NCBI GenBank assembly: GCA_950097015.1
Contig: CATNEN010000001.1
Coordinates: 9,796,001-9,860,000 of the forward strand
From: Macrostomum hystrix
Taxonomy: Eukaryota > Animalia > Platyhelminthes
Direction of reading: 5' to 3'
Length of the DNA: 64,000 nt
The translations under genes and the position numbers were made by a program. This document shows positions 1 through 10,111 of the stretch, in pieces (within the stretch, counting starts at the first letter, position 1; each line of letters starts with the position of its first letter). The notes below the pieces were generated by a model. The model made no database searches and was not told where the DNA came from. It worked only from the letters and a program-made list of their open reading frames with translations.

Positions 1-89
1 GAGCACTGAAGTACTAGTTTGATTTGCATGAGACCATGCACACAGTGGACTTATACGAGGCTATGATATCTACAAATGACAATTTGTAG

Positions 90-556
90 TATTTCAAATA
101 TCTACTATCTATTTCACGAATGCTCTCAAACCGATTAACCAATTTTCGCGAAAGTCCACTTTTTCGATCAAAACTTTGCACCCTTTATGATGAACCAACT
201 TTCAAATCCGTCCGAGTCAGCATTGCCGAGATGTTCAGCAAATCTTGTCGAAGACCCTGGTGACAAGGACAAATAGCATTGATCTGCAGTGTAAAAACAT
301 TGGTTTAAATATTCCTCATTGGGTTAATGATATAAAAATGAACAATATAATCAATGCAATATAATCAACAATAATAGCCGACATGGTTACTATGGTTACA
401 TGAATAAATTTTGTGAGCAGAAAAATTATGCCTATATTGGTGGTTTTTGTCACCAGACACCCCGACAAAGTCGTTGAATATTACGACGATTTCGATGTTT
501 TGTGATCCTCGAAGTTTTTCATCGGATAGAGCGGATATTTGAAATAACCACACGTG
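90..556. repeat. Dispersed repeat (probable non-autonomous DNA transposon remnant), copy 1
   Basis: Reverse complement aligns by eye to 18800-19265 (e.g. CTTGTCGAAGACCCTGGTGACA at about 244-265 vs TGTCACCAGGGTCTTCGACAAG at about 19139-19160); a partial third copy lies at about 9460-9595. Boundaries approximate; no TSD identified. Confidence 0.7.
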
Positions 557-979
557 CTCTCTTTACTGCTAAGGAAATAAGGAGAACTGAGTCGCTTGTG
601 ACAAGGAACCCGAGATGACTGTGGACATGGCGTTGGTTTGTGGGCAAATAATGCACCAATTGAGCCGATAATAGCTTTTTAATAGCATGGTATTTGCTTT
701 GAAATGACCAAGTCCTCTTTGATCAAGGTCTAGGCCCTCGCAAGCCAAGTATTTTTAACAGTCCCATGTGACAGCAAACAGCTACTCGCTCCTCTCGCTG
801 CTTGCGTCACAGCTGAAGCCGCCGCAGAACACCTCCTCCACCGGCTGCCCTGGAGACTGGCTTTGCCACCGCTGCATCCGCTGGCTCCTCCTTCGTCGAA
901 GACCCCAGACAAAGCCGTCGCCTCCGGTGCTGCTGTTGCTGCTGTTGATGATGTTGTTAGCAGGGGCGCTGAGTGATGC

Positions 980-1294
980 TCAGCCCAGGATGTCACTGGA
1001 GAGCTCGAGCGCGCTGTAAACGAGGGCCATACCTGCTGTTCTAGGAAATGAGCTGGCACGAGCTTCGGTCTTCCCGAGGCCCTCCGCGGCTCTTTTAGCC
1101 AGGTCGTCGATTATCTCGTTGCCTTTCAGGTCGCAATGACCTGTCGCAATGATCCGCCGAACTGTGATCTGACCCGGAACGGTGTGGTCGAGCGCCTGGA
1201 AGTGCGGGCGCCGGCTGGTCAGGACGGTTGAGTAGCGCTTGGCTGTCCGAGCAAATGAGGAAAGGGGCCGGTATTCTGGTGATCTCTGGCCCAA
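980..1294 (-). mobile_element. Degenerate RNase H fragment of a non-LTR retrotransposon (LINE)
   Basis: Translation ITVRRIIATGHCDLKGNEIIDDLAKRAA matches the RNase H C-terminal motif (W-V-x-GH-x-G-x-x-GNE-x-AD-x-LAK-x-A). GC-rich island; no intact RT ORF nearby. Confidence 0.6.
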
Positions 1295-1967
1295 TGCGCC
1301 GCCCGCTAGAAGGCTAAAGCTTCTTCTTCATATTTACTGATAAGTGCATGGTTTGGCGGAAAATGTTGGCCGATGTCGCCAGGACGCAGAGCTGGTCGCT
1401 GGGACAAAGCACATTCCGGTTGCATCAAGATTTTCACTATGGAATCTTGGAAAAGGGGACCTAACACTGCTTTATGCACGTCGCGTCCTAAATATCATGA
1501 TGAAGCCGACATCATATATAGTTAAGAGATTCTGTGCGACTAATTTCGAAAAATGTAATTGTATTTTTTTAATTAGAATTTTCAGCGCACTGTTTTGTTT
1601 GTAGGACCATCGAGCAAAGTAAAGTAAATCATGAGATTATTTGCAGGTTAGTAGACACTATGCACATATGCCAGCTACGAATCATATGTATGGCTTACGC
1701 ATTGTAAATAACATTTCGGTAATTTTGGACGTCATAAAACTAATCGCTGTGAACTTAAGCACATGCTCGAAACTGGAAATTGCAGCTGAAATTCTCCCGC
1801 AAAAAATGCCGGAATGTCAAAGTAATGTCACCTTTGACACATGAGGACTAAAAATCATTATTTATCAGTAGTTATACTAGTATATATAAGACGAATTATT
1901 AGACCTAAAAATCTTCATATATCGATAAAAAATATTCACACGTTTTCCAAAGTTGTGACTTAGCAAA

Positions 1968-3493
1968 ATGAAAAGCTTGTTGCTCGTCTTCCTCGTTGCC
2001 ACGGCTGCACTTGCCGATGTAAGTTAATCACGTGGTCTGTACTGTACATAGTACAATCTATATCTCTTACCATCATACGAACCATCTCGTTACTAATTCC
2101 ATCTCGCATTTTGAAGTCGTGAAAATTGAACGAGCATACCCTCATTGCACACAGCAGCCACCAGTTGACGACCCGTCGGCTCTGGAATATGGTAATGAAA
2201 TCGAGGGCGACATGATCGAGCCGTTTGAAGGGGTGAGTAGGGCGGTCTTCTGTTGTCATATCAGCATAGGGATTTATTGTCATTTTGACAACTAAATCAG
2301 CATGACCTCTGCAGGCGTTCTCTGGCCTGCTGAGCTCTTCCAATCGCTGGCCTGGCGGAGTGGTCGTGTACACCTTTGACTCTGGCATCTGTAAGTGCAG
2401 ACAGCTTCCAAATCTTATTACTAGGCAATTCATAATTTAGCAGAGACAAAACTTCCTACCTGTTCTATTTTGCTAATGAAGCGTCTACAGCCAGATCGCG
2501 CAGTCTGACAGCGATGCAGCGCATCACTCAGGAGACTGGAGGCTGCATCAAGTTCCGCCAAGCCACCAACGCCGACGGTTCTAAATACGTCCGCATCAAG
2601 CACAAAAGCGACGGGTGAGACTTCCACAGTGATTCATTGTGATGTCTATTTTATGTGGCATTGCAGTAGTATCATACTGAGGTTCATCGATACCAATGTC
2701 AGGTGCTCCGCTACTGTTGGATACACGGGTCGCGAGACAAGAGTTGAACTGGCTTCCGACTGCTCTCTTGGCTCGATTATGCACGAGTTCCAGCACACTC
2801 TGGGTTTGATTGGATTGACTGACTTTTCGAAATATAATATATAAACTATCCTTGAAGTTATTGCCTGTAGTTAGGAGTGTTGCGATTCGTGCGATTCAAT
2901 CTTTACCACCCGGACATTTTTCCAGGCATCTATCATCAACAGAGCCGACCTGACAGAAACTCATTTGTTTCCATCGCTTATGAGAACATTCAGACAAGTA
3001 AGAAATTATTAGTTATGTGCTTTCTCTGCTCAGGAGTATATTGTCGTATCGATCGGTGTCACTAAAAGCGATCATCAAAATTCAATTATTTAATGGCTAT
3101 TGTGCCACGTAGCAGCCAAAAGGTTATGAGTTACAACAATTATACGAAGGTTCTTGACTAAGTAATATGTAACATGCGCCCACTTGGACTGGCTTGCCAA
3201 ATGATGTGTCAACTGTATGCAGAGCTGTATTCCTGCGGTGTGATCAAACAATTTTTCTGTTTGCAGATCGCGAGGGCAATTTCGAAAGGCGCAGCAGCTC
3301 TCAGGTTGGCTCCTTTGGCGTGCCCTACGACTTCGGCAGCCAGATGCACTATTCCGAGTACGCGTTCAGCAAGAACGGACGGAAAACCATTGTGCCTCTG
3401 CCCGGCAAGGTGCCAGCCGGTGTTAGGATTGGTCAGCGAGATCGCATGAGCAGCGGCGACGTTAGATTGGTCAAAGCCATGTATAGGTGCTGA
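1968..3493 (+). CDS. Astacin-family (M12A) zinc metalloprotease, secreted, 7 exons
   Basis: Exons 1968-2018, 2155-2232, 2315-2390, 2491-2614, 2703-2803, 2926-2997, 3267-3493, all GT-AG and phase-consistent. Signal peptide MKSLLLVFLVATAALA, propeptide IEGDMI, RWPGGVVVY, GCIKF, GCSATVGY, zinc motif HEFQHTLGIYHQQSRPDR, Met-turn YDFGSQMHY, C-terminal MYRC. TATA-like TATATATAAG at 1881-1890. Confidence 0.93.
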
Positions 3494-4089
3494 TTCGGTG
3501 GTTGAAATTCGATCATGACAAATTGAATTCGGAAAATATACGTGTGCGAATATTGTGACTACAGTTTGATGGAATCACAGTGTACCACACTATAACTCCA
3601 AATTTCTATTGTTTTTCGTTTCTTTCCGAGTGCCTTTTAGCACATCGTGCCCTTAAAGATTGCTATATCGATCAAATAAGTTACTTAACCTATTAGTTAT
3701 GATCGGCTACAGTTTATCCAGCAGATTCACCAGCTCAGCCAGACTCAAAATGGTTATCAAAATCGGGTAGCAAAAATTTGTGCGAATTCGTGCAAACGTT
3801 GGCGAGAAAACTTCATGGTGTCTCTAACTATATTCTTTATTTTAGTGAGAGTTATAGCTGCAGTTTTTACGTGCGTCGAAATTTGTATTCTTTAGCTGGG
3901 TTCTGATGTATAGCAGCAGCAGAAGCAAAACTGATTCGATTTTATCATTTTACTTTTCACTTATAACTAATGCATTGAATCTGCTACTTGAATGTCTATG
4001 GCAATTAATTTGAGGTAAAAAAGACCTTTATATAAACGAGAACTTTATATTTTAAAATGAAATCGATTCAACATGAAATTGTAACCATT

Positions 4090-4469
4090 TAACAGTAGCA
4101 CTTGTGCGTGTCGACGTCCGTCCAGATGCACCACTGACGGCGATACACATGGCGCATGTGGTATTGTATTGACGAAAAGAAATCCTTTTATGTCCCAGCG
4201 GAGTAGCGACCGTTACGCTTTGTCCTCAGCTCAAGAATGAAACTTTTCATTAGAAAGTTCAAATCGGACTTCGAGAACTAATCTGCACCTTTCAGTACCA
4301 TAAGCGAGGGTCCACCGTCGGAACACCAGAGCACTTTCTTCGCCGCATGCCACTCTTGGAAAGTAGAAAACATCCAGCGACATTTCTTTAGCGTGTTTGT
4401 TGGAACCGTTCCTTCGATGAGTGAACTGACTTCTTCGTCAGTCAGATTGACAAATCTTTCGGTAGCCAT
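4090..4469 (-). pseudogene. Crypton-like (DUF3504/tyrosine recombinase family) transposase N-terminal remnant with in-frame stops
   Basis: MATERFVNLTDEEVSSLIEGTVPTNTLKKCRWMFSTFQEW...*FSKSDLNFLMKSFILELRTKRNGRYSAGT*KDFFSSIQYHMR resembles the RF..L..EE...P.NT.K...W...F..W and L...L..F..E.R...G..Y...T......IQ patterns of Crypton-derived/ZMYM-KCTD1-like proteins. Adjacent to a Crypton-type hairpin. Confidence 0.7.
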
Positions 4470-4665
4470 TTTAACTAGCTAGCTAAGCCAAGCACTCGCG
4501 CTGACTCTCTTCTTTTTACGAGCGCGTCTTTCATTTAGCGGTACAGTACCTTAATGCTAGTGTCTATGGCCATTTTAGCTTTTAGCTTTATGCTATTCAA
4601 CTGAGGGATACATATAATATTCCCCACTGAGGGATACATATAATATTCCCCACTTATTCCAGTGT

Positions 4666-4754
4666 CTAGGGCAATAAATGCTTGAGTGCGTCGTTTATTG
4701 ACCGAGGCGAAGCCTCGGTCAATAAACGACGCACTCAAGCATTTATTGCCCTAG
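4666..4754. repeat. Perfect 43-bp inverted repeat hairpin with a GAA loop (GCGAAGC core)
   Basis: CTAGGGCAATAAATGCTTGAGTGCGTCGTTTATTGACCGAGGC-GAA-GCCTCGGTCAATAAACGACGCACTCAAGCATTTATTGCCCTAG. The stem extends imperfectly to about 4644 and to about 5858 once the Harbinger insertion is removed. Confidence 0.95.
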
Positions 4755-4759
4755 CCCTG

Positions 4760-5837
4760 GGGGGTGTTTCATAAATGACTTGTAGAAGGTACAAGTGGGA
4801 TCAGTGACAAGTTACAAGTGAATTTCGTTTCATAGACTTTAACGAAACTACAAGTTCCTACAAGCTACAATAGAGTAGCTACAAGTACTTGCTACAAGCA
4901 TTTCGTTTCATGAAGCGTCTATGTCTACAATCCCAAACACTTGTAATTGCTGACAAGTTGAATAGTCGCCTTCTTTTACTCGCACTTGTGAACTAAAAGC
5001 ACAGTTTTCAAAGAACACTTTCTTCTAACCTTTCTCAGCCACCTCTAACCGTATTATAGTAGTATTATATCGCTTAATTGTGACGATGAGAGCGACGGTT
5101 CTGTCGAACCCAAGCGACGACGCAAATTGTGCTAGAAAGGTTTCGGCTACGGGAGGAACATGTGCTAGAACTGTGCCCAACACAGATGTGGACTAGAAGA
5201 CTACGGCGCTGAAGACGAGGACTACACGAAAGAAGTGGACGATGCCGCCGAGGAGGGAAGAAGACAACAAATTGTGCAATTAATGCAATGAACAACTCGA
5301 AAGTGTAGTTTCTAAAGATAGTTGCCAGTTACAAGTTGCGCTGAATGTATTTAGTAACCCGTGCATCATTGAACTGAACTTCAACTTAAACTTCAACATA
5401 ACAAAAATTGTTCAACCGTGTTTCTAAACGTGACCATGTCAATGCTGCTGAAATAGACTGGAAGCACGTTCCCTTGACGTCGCGAATCTTCTCTAACAGA
5501 AGCGTCTTCTCACTTGCAGAGAGAGGCATCGTAAGCAAAAGCGAATAGACGAATGTAAGAAGCTAGAGTGGATGAAATGAGTTTTGTTTTTTAGCTTCGA
5601 GTCGTTACCACCTACCACTCTATCTCTCTACCACTCCAAATAGGTAGGTTTTTACCATAGACGATGAAGTGAATGAAGATGAAGACGACGAAGACGCACA
5701 AGCTTGTCAAACTTGTACGATTCTTGGCTGAAATCTACAAGCAGTGTTGTGAAACACTTTTGCTTGTAGCTTGTAGCTTGTAGCTATTAAACTTGTAGCT
5801 TGTAGCTTGTAACTTGTAAATTATATGAAACACCCCC
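4760..5837. mobile_element. PIF/Harbinger-type non-autonomous DNA transposon
   Basis: TIRs GGGGGTGTTTCATA...TATGAAACACCCCC; 3-bp TSD CTG (4757-4759 and 5838-5840); subterminal ACAAGT/ACAAGCT repeats at both ends in opposite orientation; possible Myb/SANT-like remnant MPLSASEKTLLLEKIRD on the minus strand near 5390-5529. Confidence 0.85.
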
Positions 5838-6486
5838 CTGGTATAAATGGGGAATATATACCATTTATTCTCATTTATCGGTTGTTGTCCTCAATCGTTC
5901 ACTGCTGTTTATTAGGATTTTGTCTATGCTCCAAACACTCTTGATGACATTATAAAACCTTGTTCTTAAGCTCTAAGTAACGTTAATAAAAACGCTCACT
6001 ATGCTTAACTAGCATCGCTTGATTAACACGCAACACTTGAGACCCTCCAAACTGAATCTAAACGGACTGGGCATACCAACCAAATAGCCTGACTCAATTT
6101 TGGTTTTCTGTCTTGTGATCACAAAAAAATTGCAAATGGATTCAAATACACACTTGCTTCTACTCGACCGTATTTTAAACTTTAATTTCTCATTTGAATT
6201 CGAAGCAATTGTTTTTTGCTCGTAAATGTAAGTACTAAAGAATTTCTTTTAGACAAGATATAGAGAGAGGAGACAAGCCCACATCAGTTTATTTACAAGT
6301 GACACTGTACTCTCAAATGAATATGCACTTGCTGAAGTGAAAAAAGCTTCTCTAAATCGGCATACTTTTTCCAGCAACTGTGTGAATGACACCTAAAAAA
6401 GTCGAGCATTTTCAGTATTTAAAATGAGCCATGCTAAAATTCGGACTGTTAATCAAGTTCTAGAATCCGGCAAGAGTTTTTCTTGC

Positions 6487-7089
6487 TCAGAATATAAAGT
6501 ACTTGTCATCTCCTCGGCCACCACCGCGATGGCCTCCGCCTTCACGACGACGCTCTCGCTCTCTGTCCTTGCCACCATGGCCGCGTCGCTCGCCGGAGCG
6601 GCGGTCACCGCCTTTGTGATGAGGGCCCTTACCGCGTCCTTTAGCAGCTGTGGGTATGCCCTGGATGCACATACTCTGGTGATGGTAACCTGCAAAACTC
6701 TGGACGGTGGCAGCTCGTGTAGCGGGGCCACTGCCGATGGACCAGACCTCGATTCTATCTCCAGAGACCAGAGTCTTGACATCTTCGTTGGACAGCAGCA
6801 CCAGCTGATCGTTTCTCACCAGCTGAGTGATGTTGCTAGTATTGCAGTGCGTCGCTAGCATAGCTTTCAGCGTGGCAAAGGATTCCGACGAATTTCTAGG
6901 CTGGCGAAATCGCATGCCGACGAAGTACGGATGCGCCTCGTCCACTTTGCGCACCAGAAGCATGACGTCATTGCCGATCATGGTCCACCGATCTGAGTCT
7001 CCAGTCTGAGCAGTTGCGGCCTGAGATCCGATGCTCATCACACACAGCGAAACAATGAATACAGAAAAGAAAAAAAATTTTGTATGCAT
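6487..7089 (-). CDS. Secreted orphan protein (200 aa): signal peptide, possible beta-grasp/ubiquitin-like domain, Arg/Gly/His-rich cationic tail
   Basis: Single-exon ORF with hydrophobic N-terminus; TATATAA on the minus strand at about 7177-7183; AATAAA on the minus strand at 6288-6293; decayed paralog at 16488-16894 shares 20 identical nt (GGACCAGACCTCGATTCTAT). Confidence 0.8.
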   Translation of the reverse strand: MHTKFFFFSVFIVSLCVMSIGSQAATAQTGDSDRWTMIGNDVMLLVRKVDEAHPYFVGMRFRQPRNSSESFATLKAMLATHCNTSNITQLVRNDQLVLLSNEDVKTLVSGDRIEVWSIGSGPATRAATVQSFAGYHHQSMCIQGIPTAAKGRGKGPHHKGGDRRSGERRGHGGKDRERERRREGGGHRGGGRGDDKYFIF

Positions 7090-7520
7090 GGCTTATTTAG
7101 CTGCTAGTAAATTATTTTTCTTCAGAAATAATTCGATATACAATTGCTAAATTTTAAGACTAAAATTTTGTCTGCTTATATACTGTGTCGCGGCTAAACA
7201 GTTACATGTTCACGACCTCGCTTGTCCGATAAAAACTGTTTGTCTAAATTTTTCCGCTTTCTTATCGCTTTCACATACAATCCACATTTGGAAAATTTTA
7301 AGCCGTTAACCTCTATTTGAACTATAATATTTCGTTTCATTGCTATAACCTTGAAAGTCTGAGAGATGATATAGCTCGCCAATGTTCTATTTACATGTCT
7401 CTGTTTTCCTGAATTCTAAAGATAACACACCCCGAGACATTCAAATATTAAGCGTAATTCAAGCGTATTACAGTGGTAGCATTTCATACTGAGCCGGTGG
7501 AGTATGATGATTAGGATTAG

Positions 7521-8413
7521 TATACCTTTTAACAGTTTTTTTGGACATAAGTGAAGTTTATTTAGTCCTTGGCCAGCTCAGTCCTACGGAGTGAGTTTGA
7601 TTTAGTGAGCACTCGGAGTTTACCGTAGACAATAGTAAAGAAATGATATCGATTTAGTCAAGTGCCGCGTTTTTTAAACCGTTCCATAACTTGATTTTAG
7701 TCAAAGTGAATTTTATTTAGTCATCATGACGGCAGCTGTAGGTATTCGCATAGTTACAATCTCTGAGCAGGGCCGGCGAAGACTCATCGACGCCTTTTTG
7801 GCAATGTCGATTGGCAGCAACTAGCGAGACAGCTAAACATTCCAGTTAGTCTTCCAGAAATGTTATCGTTAAATACGAACAAAGTGGACGCGTTCAGGCA
7901 TTGAGACGAGGTGGAAATAAGCCAAAAGCTTTAACTGAAGCTATGCTCGACAGCCCTGTTGAATTTGTTGGTGAAACACCCACCATGACGCTCAATGACA
8001 TGCGGCAGCTAGACGACAGGAACGCTGCCAACGCACTTGGCATCTATCTACAAGAACACCGCGCCCGCATTCTTGAGCGCGAACTGGAGGCGAGTATGGC
8101 GGCTGTCACACAGCCTCACTGCAAAGCCTGGCATCGTGAGAGCCTTCGGTACATACCCCGCTCCATTGCCATGGAAGACATTGTTGATTAAATTGAAAAG
8201 GGGAAGTGTCGTGACATAAAGTTTTTGGTTTGTGTTGTTCTTGTTTAAGCTTTCGTCTCATGGCAATAACGACTAAATAAAATTCACTTTGACCTAATAA
8301 AAGTTACAAAAGACAGATTTCGAGGGACTTGACTAAATCGACTTGACTATAGTCTACGGTATACCCCGAGTGCTGAAATAAACTGCATGTCCAAAAAATT
8401 GTTAAAAGGTATA
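7521..8413. mobile_element. MITE with long (about 200 bp) imperfect terminal inverted repeats, probable TA target (Tc1/mariner-like)
   Basis: TATACCTTTTAACAGTTTTTTTGGACAT vs ATGTCCAAAAAATTGTTAAAAGGTATA; internal paired blocks GCACTCGGAGTTTACCGTAGAC / GTCTACGGTATACCCCGAGTGC and GTCAAAGTGAATTTTATTTAGTC / GACTAAATAAAATTCACTTTGAC. Confidence 0.75.
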
Positions 8414-9349
8414 TTAATGTACCAGGGCTTACTTCTTTTTACTTATTTCTACTGAATGCCACCAAAGTTGTACAGGTGGAAATTAATTATCTCACCGTTG
8501 TTATCAAAGTTGTACTGGGCTATTTTAATATTTCTACTACAGTTGACTCACATTAACTGGTGGACCTTAAAAGGGCCGTTTTAACTTCTCAAATGGTAGA
8601 GTTTATATATGCACGAGCGGTAATTAGGCAACTGTATACTTTTCCAGCCGATTAGGCGTCCCCGAGATTAGAGTTTAGCAGTTCCCTTCGATAATATTCT
8701 TAGTATAACTTCTGAGTATAATTCTAATTATACTTCTCACTGCTATCTTCCTTTAAAATGAATAACACAATGCAAAGCTGTCGGAAATTTATCTTTTAAA
8801 CACACTTAAAACTATATTTACAAACACCTCTTGAAAAACTACTTCAACTTTTAAACTCTTTAAACACTCTCCTGAAACACTTTAATACTCTTGTACAAAG
8901 GCTTTCAGCTTTAACTCAACTCAACAATTTCAACTTCAACTCTAAAAACACACACTTCGAAACACTCTTACAAACTCACTGAAACACTTCGAACACTTTC
9001 GAACTCTCTCGGACTCACTCACAGGTTATTTTTCCAGACCAAAAGTGCGGCTATTTATAGTGAGAAAAATTAACTTTTGTTTAAACGGGAGCATTTTACA
9101 TAATATTATTTATAATATGCGATTTAAAACAAAATTATTTACATACAGTATTACTTTTGATACGGTACAAAGATAAACAAATTATTATTTTTTTTTGGCG
9201 CATTTTTAATTTTATTTATTTTTATAATTTTTATAATAGAATAACGTATATACAAGAGGCTAACTATTACATTAATCTGTGGCTGAGAGCCACAGCAAGT
9301 TTAAATCAAGGCGGTGAATTTGTGTTTCGGTTAGCGGGCTAAGCATGAG

Positions 9350-9392
9350 CACAGATTCTATATTACCTGTGATATAGAATATAGAATCTGTG
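9350..9392. mobile_element. 43-bp mini-MITE with 15-bp TIRs and 8-bp TSD
   Basis: AGCATGAG-[CACAGATTCTATATT...AATATAGAATCTGTG]-AGCATGAG. Confidence 0.8.
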
Positions 9393-10111
9393 AGCATGAG
9401 AGCCTTGGCCCCTTCGTCGGCTTTGTTTGGTTGAGCTGAGTACAGATAATCTATGGATCATCACGATGCCTATGTTTTGGGATTCTGGAAGTTGTTTTAT
9501 CGGATAGAGCGGAGAATTTCAACCCGTGTCCTGGATTTTAATGTCGATTGGTCGAATATTTTGAGAGATACAGAAAAAATGTGAGTCTTTTAAATACTGC
9601 CCGTTGGTCTCTACTGTTAACCGCTCTGCAAATGACCCCCTTAAAGAGCAATCAAATTTATCATCGCAACCATCTCCAGATTTCCTAGTTTACGCTTAGG
9701 GCTCTGTGAAAAAAACTGTAGTGCGCCGAGAAATCAGTATTATCAAAGTTTTCGTGATAATATTATAATCTTCACATCGATCTGATGCACGTTCCAAGAA
9801 GATTTTGTAAGGCATTCCAAGTTAAATATGTTTTCTGCAGAAATACTTGTAGTCTGTTGAAATATCAGCACAGAGATAAAGCGCGTTAAGTTGGAGGTAG
9901 ATAAATATGATCGATCATAAAGTATTTTTGCTGTTTTGGGGGACCTACGACAAAGGAGAAAAGTAGTACTAAACAGCTTACTAATAGAAGAAAAGGGAGA
10001 AAATGACAGGCAATTGTTATAGTTAAGGCCAGGGACAGGTTGTTTTAGCTTAGTTAGGCAAATCCGATTTAAAAAATCAATCGCACGACCGGCAGGCGCA
10101 CAGCTCGTAGA

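Noticed and set aside
6424-6858. 144-aa Ala/Ser/Thr-rich plus-strand ORF
   Set aside because: Antisense to the better supported secreted gene, which has a TATA box, a poly(A) signal and a paralog.
7901-8191. 96-aa ORF inside the long-TIR MITE
   Set aside because: Non-ATG start and no recognisable transposase motif; treated as internal filler.
8600-9330. Strand-biased AT-rich stretch with ACACT-like short repeats, possibly a transposon UTR
   Set aside because: No termini, TSD or coding similarity could be established.
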